Shown: positions 18,859 to 30,324 of the stretch, in pieces
Numbering within the stretch: the stretch's first letter is position 1
Layout of the letters: each line of letters begins with the position of its first letter
DNA from: Myxococcota bacterium
GTDB lineage: Bacteria > Myxococcota_A > UBA9160 > UBA6930
Reading direction: 5' to 3'
Assembly: GCA_965223415.1 (NCBI GenBank)
Contig: OZ245002.1
Location: 2,208,001-2,272,000 of the forward strand
Length of the DNA stretch: 64,000 nucleotides
Program-made: the position numbers and the translations under genes
Notes under the pieces: model-generated
What the model was told of the DNA's origin: nothing
The model's database searches: none
Seen by the model: only the letters and a program-made list of their open reading frames with translations

Positions 18859-19992
18859 ATGAGCGATCTTCGTCCTTTCCGGATCGACGTGCCCGACTCG
18901 GTGCTCGCGGATCTGCGCGAGCGTCTCGCGCGGACGCGCTGGACCGATCAGATCCCGGACACCGGGTGGAAGCTCGGTACCGACACCGCCTACCTGCGGG
19001 AGCTGTGCGACTACTGGCGCGAAGGCTACGACTGGCGCGCCCAGGAGGCGCAGCTCAATGCCGTGCCCCAGTTCACCACCGAGATCGACGGCCAGCGGAT
19101 CCACTTCGTGCACGCGCGCTCGAAGCACGAGGACGCGCTGCCCCTCGTGATCACCCACGGCTGGCCGGGCTCGGTGCTCGAGTTCCAGAAGATCACGCCC
19201 CTGCTCACCGACCCGGAGGCCCACGGCGGGCGCAAGGAGGACGCGTTCCACGTCGTGTGCCCGTCGATGCCCGGCTACGGCTTCTCCGGGCCGACCGCGG
19301 ACCGCGGCTGGGACCCGAAGCGCATCGCCGCCGCCGAGGTGGAGCTGATGCGGCGCCTCGGCTACGAGCGCTACGGCGCCCAGGGCGGTGACTGGGGCTC
19401 GATGGTCACGAGCCAGATCGGCGCCCTCGACCCGGAGCACTGCGCGGGCATTCACCTCAACATGGTGATCGCGCTCCCCCAGGAGGGTGAGCTCGACGAG
19501 CAGGAGCAGGGCTGGGCCACGGACACCCAGACCTTCAACACCCGGGAGACCGGCTACCAGCAGATCCAGGGCACGAAGCCCCAGACCCTGGGCCTCAGCC
19601 TGAACGACTCGCCTGCGGGCCTGTGCGGCTGGATCGTCGAGAAGTTCCGCACCTGGAGCGATTGCGGCGGCGACGTGGAGAGCGTCTTCAGCCGGGACGA
19701 GCTGCTGACTAACGTGATGATCTACTGGGTGACCGAGACCATCAACTCGTCGATCCGCCTCTACTACGAGGTGATGCAGGGCGGCACGGCGCTTCCTACC
19801 GAGAAGGTCCCGGTGCCGATGGGCTGCGCGATCTTCCCCCGCGAGATCTACAAGGCCCCGCGCAAGTGGGCCGAGGCGCTCTACGACGTCCGACACTACG
19901 AGGTGTACGAGAAGGGCGGCCACTTCGCGGCCATGGAGCAGCCCCAAGCCCTCGCGAAGGACCTGCGCACCTTCTTCGCCATGGTGCGCTAG
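18859..19992 (+). CDS. Epoxide hydrolase (microsomal EH-like)
   Basis: PFRIDVPD..L.DLRERL, HGWPGS, PSMPGYGFS, GGDWG, GGHFAAMEQP. Confidence 0.93.
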   Translation: MSDLRPFRIDVPDSVLADLRERLARTRWTDQIPDTGWKLGTDTAYLRELCDYWREGYDWRAQEAQLNAVPQFTTEIDGQRIHFVHARSKHEDALPLVITHGWPGSVLEFQKITPLLTDPEAHGGRKEDAFHVVCPSMPGYGFSGPTADRGWDPKRIAAAEVELMRRLGYERYGAQGGDWGSMVTSQIGALDPEHCAGIHLNMVIALPQEGELDEQEQGWATDTQTFNTRETGYQQIQGTKPQTLGLSLNDSPAGLCGWIVEKFRTWSDCGGDVESVFSRDELLTNVMIYWVTETINSSIRLYYEVMQGGTALPTEKVPVPMGCAIFPREIYKAPRKWAEALYDVRHYEVYEKGGHFAAMEQPQALAKDLRTFFAMVR

Positions 19993-20088
19993 TGAGACAA
20001 GGGGACGTTCCTGTCTGTCTCACTCCTCGACATGGGCCTTGGGCGACCTGTTGGGAGTGAGACAGACAGGAACGTCCCTTTGTCTCAC
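19992..20088. repeat. Long inverted repeat with nested palindromes (REPIN-like) between convergent genes
   Basis: 35-bp arms at 19992-20026 and 20054-20088 with one mismatch and a 27-bp spacer; each arm contains GTGAGACA...TGTCTCAC. Confidence 0.85.
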
Positions 20089-20092
20089 GGCC

Positions 20093-21393
20093 TCACAGCA
20101 TGCCGGCTGCTTTGACCTCTAGGTAGCCGTTGACCAGGGTGATCGGCAGCTGGGCCGGCGTGGCGTCGAGGAGCAGCGCGCCGCCGGTACGCAGGGCGTG
20201 GTGGGCGGCGCGCCGTTCGTGCAGGTAGTGGTGGATGGCGGCGACGCGGGTCGCGTCCTCCGGGCCCTGCACCGGATCCTCGAGCCGCGCGTCGAGCACA
20301 CGCTCCCGCAGGCTGGCGAGCATCACCAGGTGGTGCCGTGCCATGAGCTTCACCGCCGCGGCCAGCTCGCTCCCGTCCTCGTCCCGCAGGTTCGAGACCC
20401 ACACGATGAGGCTGCGCTTGCGCACGCGGCCCATGAGCTCCGCTGCCGCGCTCAGGTGGTCCGTGGCCAGGGGCTGGGCGTGGAGGTCGTAGAGCCCCTC
20501 GAGGAGGGCGCCGAGCTGGCCCGGGCCCTTGCGCGGCGCGAGCCAGCGCCGCACGCCGCCCAGGGTCGAGAGGCCGACGGCGTCGCCCTGGCGCAGCGCC
20601 ACGTGGGCCACGAGGAGCGCCGCGTCCAACGCCGCATCCAGGTGGGCGAGCTCGCCGTCCTGGGCGCGCATGCGCCGGCCGCAATCGAGGACCAGCACGA
20701 TCTGCTGGTCGCGCTCGTCCTGGTACTCGCGGGAGATCGCCCGCTGGAAGCGGCTCGTCGCCTTCCAATCGACCTGACGCAGCGGGTCCCCGGGGCGGTA
20801 CTCGCGCAGCTGCTGGAACTCCAGGCCGGCGCCGCGCCGTGGCCGCCGCCGAACCCCGAGCTGGCTCGTGCGATGCTCGGTGGCGAGCAGCTCGTAGCGG
20901 CGCACCGCGTCGAAGTTCGGATAGATCCGCACGGAAGTCTCCGGCTCCGGGCGATGGAGGCGCTCGAAGAGCCCGAGGGGCGAGCGCACCCGCATCTCCA
21001 CCGGGCCGAAGCGGGCGGCGCCGCGCAGGATCGGCCGTACGCGGTAGCGAACCACCGCCTCCTGACCGGGCGGGATACGGACCGTGCGGGGCAGGTCGTC
21101 GCTGGCGAGCCGGGTCGGAAGATGGTCGAAGAGCACCAGCTGCAGAGCCCGGCGGTGCGGGTTCGCGAGGCGGAGGGTCACCGTCGCGCGCCCCCGCAAC
21201 GAGAGCGCCGGCGGCACCTCTCGCGTGACCTCCGGCGCCGGCGTCCTCCACCCGAGCGCCGCGTCGACCGCGAAGGCCAGCAGCGCAAGACCACCCGCGG
21301 CCCGCCACATCGGCAACGCCTCCGGCACGAAGGCCGCGAAGCCGCCGAGGGCCGTCCACAGGCCGAGGACGAGGAGTGTGCGAACGCTCGGCG

Positions 21394-21397
<4 letters not shown>
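20093..21397 (-). CDS. DUF58 domain-containing protein
   Basis: GLEFQQLREYRPGDPLRQVDWKATSR, LVLDCGRRM; immediately downstream of MoxR. Confidence 0.92.
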
Positions 21398-22370
<973 letters not shown>

Positions 22371-22374
<4 letters not shown>

Positions 22375-23624
22375 AGGGCGTGTCGGATCCTCTCGAGGGT
22401 GGCGATCGTTCGGGTGAAGTCTCCGCGGCCGGAAGCCGGTGCTTCGCCGCGCAGGGCCAGGGCGACGTCGACGGGCTCGAGCCGCGCCGCGGCGGCAAGG
22501 CGCGCGTCGAGCTCCACGGGAGCCAGCCGCAGCCAGGCGGGCCGCCGCTCGCGCAACACGTCGTGCAGGGATTCCCGCGCCGCCTCCACGAGCACGTCCC
22601 GGCGGCCGCGGGCCAGGAGCCGCCCGGCCGCCTCCACGTGCTCGAGCAGGCTGCGCCGCACCGGGGGCCGCTCCGGGATCAGCGGCCCGAAGCGCCGGCT
22701 CGCGCGCCACACCCACGCGAGCAGCCAGCATGCCCCTGCCAGGAGCGGCGCCCACGCGTGACGGCGCACGAGCTCCCAGAGGCCGGGCCACCGCTCGACC
22801 GGAAGCAGCCACACCGGTCCGGGCGCTTCGCCGCGCCGCAGGATGCGCAGCACCACCTCCGCGTGGTCGGCCTCGGCCAGCGCGTCGTTGCGCACGAGGT
22901 AGTCGTCCGTCGAGACGGTGATCCTCCCACGACCATGATCGAGGCGGACGAGGTGCACGCCGCCGGGGCCGGAGACCGAGGCTGCCGGCTCGAGCTCCTC
23001 CGTGTCCAGGTAGAAGTTCTGATCGAAGTGGACGCGGTAGCGGCGGCTCTCTCCCTCGAAACGCACGTCGATGGCATCCCAGGTGACAGCGGGCCAGGTG
23101 CGCTCCAGGGCGAGGGGCACCTGGATGGTCTCCTCTTCCTCGTCGGCCGCCGTCGGATCCTCCTCCACCGCGTCCTGGGCGAGCCGGGCCAGGGCCTCGG
23201 GCACGGGCTCGTCGTGCATGAGCTGCCGGATGCCGAGCTCGTCGAGGAGGAAGTCCGGGCGGCGGTGCTCGTCGTCCCAGATCGTCCACGTCACGACCCA
23301 CAGATGGCCACCCGCCTCGACCCAGCGCAGCAGCCGGCGCGAACGCTCCTCACCCAGGGTGAGTCGGTTGGCCGGATAGAAGATCGTGCCCGTCCCTACC
23401 ACCGGGAGCGGACCCTCGAGCTCGCTCGGGCCCGCAAGCACCCGCACGTCGTGTCCCAGGCGTTCGAGCAGCCGCTCCAGGGCGAGGTACGGGTTGCGGA
23501 CGGCCTCGGGGCTCGCGCCCCGATACTCCCACTCCGAGCGCCGCTCGAAGCAGGTGAAGAAGAGCCCGATCACGGCAGCGGTCATCGCCGCGGCGATGAC
23601 CAGGGTCCAGCGCCTCTGGTTCAC
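22371..23624 (-). CDS. DUF4350-like membrane-anchored protein
   Basis: N-terminal TM, NPYLA, LLRWVEAGG, GRGRITV, C-terminal RFGP...RRSLLEHVEA; operon context. Confidence 0.75.
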
Positions 23625-25081
23625 GACGCGGGCTCCAGCAGCCGCGGCGCCCACCGCCGGCAGAGATCGGCGAACGTGTCGCCGCCGAGGGGAGCGCGCG
23701 CATAGCGCGAGAGCACCCAGGCGTCGTTCAGCGCCGCGAAGTCGTCGACCAGGGGCCCGTCGGAGGTCCCCCGGACGATCCGCAGGCAATCGCCCTCGGT
23801 GGCGCTGCCCGGGATGGTGAGGCCGCGGCGTTCGATCAGCAGGATGAGGGCGGCGCGGTAGAGCAGGCTGAGCGCGCGGGTGGCGTCGCCGGCGGCGAAG
23901 GCTTCGCGGGCCGCGGCGATCACGTCTTCGGGCAAGGTTTCCGGATCGAGCTCGAGGCCGAACAGCGCCGTCGGGAGAGGGGCGTCCCGCTCACGGCCCT
24001 CCCAGCGCGGCTCGCGGGCGAGGCGCAGGCCGAGCAGGCTGAGTCCCATCGCCAGGGCGACCCACAGGGCGATCTCCGCCAGCCCGGCGATGAAATCGCC
24101 GAAGCCGCTGAAGCCCCACTCGGAGGTCTCCCAGTCGTCGCCGAAGTCGAACTCCCGGGGGAGCCAGCGCGTCTTCTCCTCCCAGCGGCCGAACTCCTCG
24201 GCGCCGACGACTTCGACGGCGCACGCCCCGGCGGTCGACGGATCGTCGGGAACGCAGGCCGTCTCCGCGCGGGCGCCTGGGGCGCTGGCGAAAATCGCGA
24301 GGAGGAGCGCGGCGGCCGCGCCGCGCGCGGCGGGAGCGAGCGGTTGGATCCGCCGGCGCAGTGCGATCTCCACGTCCCAGCCCTCGAGCCACATGCGCCG
24401 GTTCACGTAGAGGCCGAAGCCCGCGGCCACGAGCAGGGGCTCCACCACGCTCGTGCCGGCCAGGTAGGCGAACGCGACCACGAGCCCGGCGCCGGTCGAG
24501 TCGCCCTCGAACCAGTTCCCGAACAGGCGCACGAGCGGATCGATCCACGCCTCCGGCGCCACCAGGAAGAAGAAGGCGCTCATGCCCACCATCAGCGCCC
24601 CGTTCACGTGGGCGCCGATCGTGTGCAGAGACGCGCTGGGGCCGAGCTCGGCCCGCGTCAGGACGCGGATGCGTGCTCGCCGCTCGGGCCCGCTCAGCCC
24701 TTCGAGCTGGAGCACGGGGGCCGCATAGCAACGGCTCGGGCTGAACCGCATCAAGGTGAGGGAGGCCAGGACGCCTCCGCGCAGGATCCGGGGCAGGGCC
24801 CGTGCCGTGGCGCGGACGCTCGGCGGCTCGGCGAAGAGCGCCTGGCCGAGCACGTGGAGCACCACGCGGCCGAAGAGCGGCCGCAGCCACCAGAGCACGA
24901 GGAGCGTCCACCACGGGCTTCCGCGCAGGCCGACGATGAGCGCGCTCGCCACTGGCACCACCAAGAGCAGCCACGCTCCCCAGATCGGCCGCCACCAGGC
25001 GCGGGCCATCGCGGTGCCCAGGTCGAGGGCCTCCCAGCCCGAGCGCGGACGGGCGTGGATGCGCAGCTCGTCAGCGCGCAC
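23621..25081 (-). CDS. DUF4129 domain-containing membrane protein
   Basis: RPRSGWEALDLG, GFGLYVNRR..LEGWDVE, ALSLLYRAAL, ATEGDCL. Confidence 0.8.
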   Translation of the reverse strand: MRADELRIHARPRSGWEALDLGTAMARAWWRPIWGAWLLLVVPVASALIVGLRGSPWWTLLVLWWLRPLFGRVVLHVLGQALFAEPPSVRATARALPRILRGGVLASLTLMRFSPSRCYAAPVLQLEGLSGPERRARIRVLTRAELGPSASLHTIGAHVNGALMVGMSAFFFLVAPEAWIDPLVRLFGNWFEGDSTGAGLVVAFAYLAGTSVVEPLLVAAGFGLYVNRRMWLEGWDVEIALRRRIQPLAPAARGAAAALLLAIFASAPGARAETACVPDDPSTAGACAVEVVGAEEFGRWEEKTRWLPREFDFGDDWETSEWGFSGFGDFIAGLAEIALWVALAMGLSLLGLRLAREPRWEGRERDAPLPTALFGLELDPETLPEDVIAAAREAFAAGDATRALSLLYRAALILLIERRGLTIPGSATEGDCLRIVRGTSDGPLVDDFAALNDAWVLSRYARAPLGGDTFADLCRRWAPRLLEPAS

Positions 25082-26030
25082 GGTCGCGCCCCGCCAGCGC
25101 CAGGCTCCCCAGCACGAAGAGCCACAGCCCGGCGCCGACGCCGTACATGAGCGGCGTCGGCCAGAGGTCGTGCTTCGACGACCAGAAGGCCTCGATGATG
25201 GCCGCCACGAAGAGCATCGCCGTGCCGCCGTAGAGCAGTGGCAGGACGCCCCGGGCGGCGCTGCGCAGGGCGTGGCCGCGAAGCCTCCGGCCCGGGGCGG
25301 TGAGCGCGAGGCCCAGGCGCAGGCCGCACATGCCGCACACGATGATCGCCGTCAGCTCGAAAGAGCCGTGGCCGATCACGAAGGGCCAGAAGGTCTCGCC
25401 GTAGCCGATGTTCACGATGTGCCCGGCCACGCCGCCGAGCACCAGCCCGTTGAACACGACGAGGAAGATGCTCCCCAGGCCGAACAGGATGCCCCCTGCG
25501 AAGCAGCGGAAGCCGATGGAGACGTTGTTGGAGATGTAGTGGCCGAAGGCGGCGAGATCTCCGGAGGTGCCGCGGGGCGCGCCCATGTGGGGCGCTTCCG
25601 GGTCGTACATCTGCTCCATCTGCTGGGCCGCCTCCCCGCCGATCACCGAGTAGACGACGTCGGGCTGGGCCCGCACGACCGCATAGGTGACGGCGCCGGT
25701 CCCGTAGAAGAGCAGCGAGGTCACGAGCAGGAGCCGCCACTCGCGACGCAGGGCCACGGGAAAGGCGAGCAGGGCGTTGATCCAACGCCTCCCGCCCTGG
25801 GGCCGCACGCCGTAGAGGTGGCGGTGACCGCTCATGGCCGCCGCCTCCAGGCGCGAGACCAGGAGCGCGCCGAAGCCGCGCTCCCGGGCGAGGGCCAGAT
25901 CCTGGCAGATCGCCCGGTAGCTGCGCGGGAAGTCCGCCTCCGGAGCTGCGCCGTCCTCGAGGGCGCGGAGAGCGGCTTCGAAGGCGCGCCAACGCTCCTC
26001 CCGCTCGCGCCGGAAGGATTCCTGCCTCAC
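25071..26030 (-). CDS. SpoIIM/DUF95 family membrane protein
   Basis: YRAICQDLALAR, YISNNVSIGFRCFAGG, HGSFELTAI, AAIIEAFWS. Confidence 0.88.
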   Translation of the reverse strand: MRQESFRREREERWRAFEAALRALEDGAAPEADFPRSYRAICQDLALARERGFGALLVSRLEAAAMSGHRHLYGVRPQGGRRWINALLAFPVALRREWRLLLVTSLLFYGTGAVTYAVVRAQPDVVYSVIGGEAAQQMEQMYDPEAPHMGAPRGTSGDLAAFGHYISNNVSIGFRCFAGGILFGLGSIFLVVFNGLVLGGVAGHIVNIGYGETFWPFVIGHGSFELTAIIVCGMCGLRLGLALTAPGRRLRGHALRSAARGVLPLLYGGTAMLFVAAIIEAFWSSKHDLWPTPLMYGVGAGLWLFVLGSLALAGRDRAR

Positions 26031-26743
26031 GAAGCGTCTCCGTCCCGCCCCAGCAGGTGGGCGGCGACGCCTTCCAACGCCTCGCGGGTGCCGCCGAGCG
26101 GGCCGGCGAGAGCGGCGAGTTCCTCCGCCCGCGCCTCGGTCAGGGTGGGCGCGCGCTCGGCGAACGCGAGCACCGCCCGCTGAGCCGCCGCGTCCAGGGG
26201 GATCGGCGGGGGGCGCGGCACGGCCTCCAGGTGGAGCCTGCCGTGCTCCCGCGTCTCCGGATCGTGGATCACCAGGGTTCCCGCAGCCAGGTCGCCCAGC
26301 CGGCGAGAGGATCCGTCGACCAACATGCTGACGATGCCGAAGAAGTAGGCACCCGGCAGGAAGTCCACGGCGAGGAGCAGGTTTCGCAGGAGGGAGGCGG
26401 GCAGACGGATCGGCGTGCCGTCCGCGTGCACGACGCGCAGGCCGAGCGCCGCCTTGCCGGGCGTGCGGCCGTTCCAGAGCACCTCGAAGGCCACCGGGTA
26501 GAACCAATTGGTCGCGAAGATCACCAGCAGGGTCGGCCCGATGCCCGCCTCTCCGAGCCAGAAGGCGAAGGCGATGCCCGCCACGGCGTAGATGAGGCTG
26601 GCGATGGAGATATCGACCATCAGGGCCAGCCCGCGTGACACCACGCCCGCGGTCGAGAGGGAGAGCTCGATTCCTTCCGGCGTCTCGACCCGGAAGCAAG
26701 TGTCGAGAGGAGCCCGCTCTCCTTCGGCGATCGGTTCGCTCAG
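26027..26743 (-). CDS. RDD family protein
   Basis: VETPEGIEL, R.LA..VD, GRTPGK..LGLRVV, LLRNLL, RRLGDLAAGT. Probable CTG start overlapping the upstream stop. Confidence 0.88.
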   Translation of the reverse strand: MSEPIAEGERAPLDTCFRVETPEGIELSLSTAGVVSRGLALMVDISIASLIYAVAGIAFAFWLGEAGIGPTLLVIFATNWFYPVAFEVLWNGRTPGKAALGLRVVHADGTPIRLPASLLRNLLLAVDFLPGAYFFGIVSMLVDGSSRRLGDLAAGTLVIHDPETREHGRLHLEAVPRPPPIPLDAAAQRAVLAFAERAPTLTEARAEELAALAGPLGGTREALEGVAAHLLGRDGDAS

Positions 26744-27519
26744 TGGGCTCTCTCTGGCCGGCCCGCCATCTGGCGATAGGCGGAGACGAAGATCAGGTAG
26801 CCGATCATCGTCGTCGGGAGCATCAGCGCGATCGCGACCACGGCGCCGAAGAAGAGCGCCGCGGCCGATTCGCTGGCGAAGGCCGGGATGAAGACGAGGG
26901 CGGCGGGGAGGATCGCCGCGAGGTAGATGGCGCCCATCACGAGCACGAGCCCGATCATCTTCCACTTCACCGGGCCGGTCATCGTCCAGGAGCTGCCCAG
27001 GGCCTCCACCGGCTGCGCATCCTGCTCGACCCAGAGGAAGAACGCGAAGTAGAAGCGGATCATGATGAAGGTCCAGGCCAGGTTCACCAGGTAACCCACG
27101 CCGATGAGCACGGCGTTCTCGGTGAACGTGCCGATGAGGACGGGGATCTGTCCGACGTAGCCGAGGAGCGTCATCAGGAACATCAGGGCGAGGCCCTGGG
27201 CGAGCACCCGGCCCCAGCTCTGGAAGCCCGACCAGACGTCGTCGGTCGCCGCCTCGCCGTCGTGCACTCGGAGCAGGAAGCGGACGCCGCCGTACAGGAG
27301 CACGGGCCAGACCACGAAGATGCCGATGATCGTGATGCCCGAGAGCAGCAGGGCGAACCCGGCCATCACCATCACGCCCAGCCAGAGGGGGAAGCTCGCC
27401 CAGGTGGCCGCCCAGGCGTCCGAGAGGCATTGGCCGATCGAGAAGTCGCCACTCCCCTCCTGGGCCCAGACCGGTGCTTCGACCTCCGAGGTCGGCGGCG
27501 CGTACGGGTTCTCGGACAT
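26740..27519 (-). CDS. Integral membrane protein with N-terminal NPYxPP motif
   Basis: MSENPYAPP followed by several hydrophobic segments; first gene of the RDD-MoxR operon. Confidence 0.78.
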   Translation of the reverse strand: MSENPYAPPTSEVEAPVWAQEGSGDFSIGQCLSDAWAATWASFPLWLGVMVMAGFALLLSGITIIGIFVVWPVLLYGGVRFLLRVHDGEAATDDVWSGFQSWGRVLAQGLALMFLMTLLGYVGQIPVLIGTFTENAVLIGVGYLVNLAWTFIMIRFYFAFFLWVEQDAQPVEALGSSWTMTGPVKWKMIGLVLVMGAIYLAAILPAALVFIPAFASESAAALFFGAVVAIALMLPTTMIGYLIFVSAYRQMAGRPERAH

Positions 27520-27669
27520 GGCGGTCCCCCCTTCTGGGCAACGTAGCGGCCGGCGCTAGGCGGAAGTTTATTGACAAATATCATCCAGAACCGGCCGGGG
27601 CCTTTCGGAGGTTGGCGTCCCGCGGGTCCGGATGCTTGAATCAGGCCCGCTCGAGAAGAGAGGAGCCCC

Positions 27670-28485
27670 ATGGCGCTGGAGATCCTGCGGGACCCGAGGC
27701 TGGAACAGGTGGAGTGGAAGGATCTCTGCGATCTCGGACCGGTCGAGGTGGCCTACGAGGTGGCGATCTACGTGCCGTGGCTGCTGGCTTCGTGGGTGTT
27801 CGCCCACTGGGCGTTCTCCTGGCACCTGGCCTGGCTCCTCGCCGCCCTGGCGAGCTCGTTCATGTTCTTCCTGTGCGGTCTCCGCCAGGTGCACAACGCC
27901 TTCCACTACGCGGTGGGTGTCTCGCCCAAGGTCCATGAGTGGCTGATGTTCGTGCTGTCGCCGCTGATGATGAGCGCGATGCACGCCGTGCAGTGGAACC
28001 ACCTGCGCCACCACCGCCATTGCATGGACGACGAAGACGTCGAGGCGATGAGCGCGCGCATGCCCGGGTGGAAGGCGCTCGTCACCGGGCCCCAGTTCCC
28101 CGTGCGGCTGCACCACGCCGCCCTCACCATCGGCAAGCCGCGCATCAAGCGCTGGATCTGGCTCGAGCTTGCCGCGATCGCCGGCATGGTCGTCCTGGCT
28201 TTCGGCCTGCTGGACGCTGCCTGGCTCCGCTACCACGTGGTGGCGATGGTCGTGGGCCAGTGCTTCTCGGCGTTCTTCGCGGTGTGGACCGTGCACCACG
28301 ATTGCGACCGTACCCACTTCATCGCGCGCACCCTGCGCAACGAAGTCAAGTCCTTCGTCAGCTACAACATGTTCTACCACGTGGAGCACCACCTCTTCCC
28401 CGCCGTGCCCACCTGCCACCTGCCCGAGCTGTCGAAGCGGCTGGACGTCGTGGCGCCGGAGCTGCGCTCGAAGAACGTTTGGTGA
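27670..28485 (+). CDS. Membrane fatty acid desaturase family protein
   Basis: His boxes HNAFH, HLRHH, HVEHHLFP; RBS AGGAG. Confidence 0.9.
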   Translation: MALEILRDPRLEQVEWKDLCDLGPVEVAYEVAIYVPWLLASWVFAHWAFSWHLAWLLAALASSFMFFLCGLRQVHNAFHYAVGVSPKVHEWLMFVLSPLMMSAMHAVQWNHLRHHRHCMDDEDVEAMSARMPGWKALVTGPQFPVRLHHAALTIGKPRIKRWIWLELAAIAGMVVLAFGLLDAAWLRYHVVAMVVGQCFSAFFAVWTVHHDCDRTHFIARTLRNEVKSFVSYNMFYHVEHHLFPAVPTCHLPELSKRLDVVAPELRSKNVW

Positions 28486-28492
28486 GCGCCGG

Positions 28493-29287
28493 GTGAGGCG
28501 GGTCGCGCTCGCCGCCATCGCATTGGCCGTGATCCTGGCCCTGCTGGGTCACGCCATCGACGGGATGCGGCCGCTGCGTCAGCTTCCGCTGTGGAGCGGG
28601 CTACACCTAGCTTCTCTGGGTGGCGCGCTCCTCGGGGCCGCTGCCCTGCGGCGGTTCGCGCCCGAGCCACCGAGCTGGCCGCTGCTCGGGCTCGGGGTCG
28701 CGCTCGCCTGGAGGCTCGCCTACTTCCCCGTGATGGTGTTCTCCGGCCATGTCGCGAGCATCGGCGAATGGCTGCTGCTCTCGCTCGGGCTGCCGGTCGT
28801 CGTCTATCCCACCTTCCTGCTCTCGGTGGCGGCGATCCACGCGGCTGCGGGTGCGGGCGCCGGGCTCGTGATGCGGCCGCCCCACCGCCTCGCGCGGCCG
28901 GCGCTGCTCGGCGCCTTCGCGGTGGCCGCGGCGGTCTCCTTCAACCGGCTCTCGGATCTCACCCTGCTTCCGGACCCGGTACGTCGCATCGACGGCCCGG
29001 TGCCGATGATGCGGGCCGAGAGGGGCAATCCCTACCTCCCGGCGCTCGTCGGCCCGGGGTACCTGCCGAACCAACGCGTCGTGCTCCTCGCGGCCGGTCT
29101 CACCTACGAGACGATTCCCCCCTCGCCCTGGGCCACCACGGTGAAGGCGGTGCTCGAGGGGCTCTTCGATACCAGGCCCTTCGGCTCCACGGCGGACCGG
29201 GTGCTCGAGCACTACCTCGCCTATCATGCCTCGCACGCCCAGATCGGCTGTCGCGATCTTGGCGACTGCCCGCCCGACGCGCCGTGA
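28493..29287 (+). CDS. Hypothetical membrane protein
   Basis: About five hydrophobic segments and a polar C-terminus; lies between the desaturase and the next gene, which overlaps its stop (GTGA). Confidence 0.7.
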   Translation: MRRVALAAIALAVILALLGHAIDGMRPLRQLPLWSGLHLASLGGALLGAAALRRFAPEPPSWPLLGLGVALAWRLAYFPVMVFSGHVASIGEWLLLSLGLPVVVYPTFLLSVAAIHAAAGAGAGLVMRPPHRLARPALLGAFAVAAAVSFNRLSDLTLLPDPVRRIDGPVPMMRAERGNPYLPALVGPGYLPNQRVVLLAAGLTYETIPPSPWATTVKAVLEGLFDTRPFGSTADRVLEHYLAYHASHAQIGCRDLGDCPPDAP

Positions 29288-30324
29288 GCAAGACGATCGT
29301 GGTGGTGGGCGCCACCGGCGAGATGGGCGCCCGGGTCGTGAGGCTCGTCCGTCGTCTCGCGCCGACGGCGCTTCTGATCGGCACGAATCGCAGCGGCCGC
29401 GGGCACGCTGAGCTGCCGATTCGTCCCCTCGACGTCGGCGACCGGGACGGGATGGCAGAGCTGCTCGAGACCGCGGACCTCGTCGTCAACGCGGTCGGGC
29501 CCTACACCTACGACCCGGCGCCGATCGTGAACGCGGCCATCTCTTCGCGGTGCCACTACGCGGATCTCGCGGAGCGTCTGTCCTTCATCGAACGGGTGCG
29601 GACGGTGGGGGACGCCCGGGCGGCGAAGGCCGGCGTGCTGCTCGTGCCCGGGTGCTCGACGCTGCCGGGCCTGGTCGAAGCACTGGCCCAGCGATGGCAC
29701 GCGGACGCGGCGGTGGCGGGGCTGCGGGTGTTCCTCTCGATGGGCTCCCGGAACCCGGTGAGCCGGGCGCTGCTCGCGAGCCTCCTGCTGCCGATCGGGC
29801 GCGAGGGCGGGCCGGGCCGCTGGTACGGGAAGCTCGTGTCCCACGTGGCGCGGGACGGCCGGGAGCTCGTCTTCGGCAGCTACCCGGCGCCCTTCTCCCG
29901 CTCCCAGCTGCGCATCGGCCAACGGGGCGTGCCGATCCGCTTCCACATGGGCTTCGATCGCGCCTGGCTGAATCGCGCGCTCGTCCTGGGCGCCCCCGTG
30001 CTCGGGCGGCTCGGCCCCCGCTGGGTGGAGCGGCTCGCCGGTGTGGCCCTGCCCCTCGCCCGCCTGGCGCGCCGCTTCGGCACCGACCGCGGCGTGCTCA
30101 GCATCGTCGCCGAAGACGCCGCGGGCGCCGAGCTCGCTCGCACCGAGGTGCTCGCCGAGCAGGCCGGCCTCGACATTCCGGCCCTCCCCGCCGCCTGGCT
30201 CGCCCAGGCCCTCGTCCGCGAAGGCTGGGCCGCCGCCCCCGGCGCCCGCACCCTCTCCCGCGTCCTCAGCGCCAACGAAGCCGCCACCCACCTCACCGAC
30301 GCCGGCTACACCGTGTTAAGTTAG
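29284..30324 (+). CDS. Saccharopine dehydrogenase-like NAD(P)-binding oxidoreductase
   Basis: IVVVGATGEMG, LVVNAVGPY, HYADLA, GCSTLPG. Confidence 0.82.
   Translation: MSKTIVVVGATGEMGARVVRLVRRLAPTALLIGTNRSGRGHAELPIRPLDVGDRDGMAELLETADLVVNAVGPYTYDPAPIVNAAISSRCHYADLAERLSFIERVRTVGDARAAKAGVLLVPGCSTLPGLVEALAQRWHADAAVAGLRVFLSMGSRNPVSRALLASLLLPIGREGGPGRWYGKLVSHVARDGRELVFGSYPAPFSRSQLRIGQRGVPIRFHMGFDRAWLNRALVLGAPVLGRLGPRWVERLAGVALPLARLARRFGTDRGVLSIVAEDAAGAELARTEVLAEQAGLDIPALPAAWLAQALVREGWAAAPGARTLSRVLSANEAATHLTDAGYTVLS

Noticed and set aside
25071..26030. SpoIIM homolog as evidence of sporulation
   Set aside because: The family is widespread in non-sporulating bacteria within MoxR operons.
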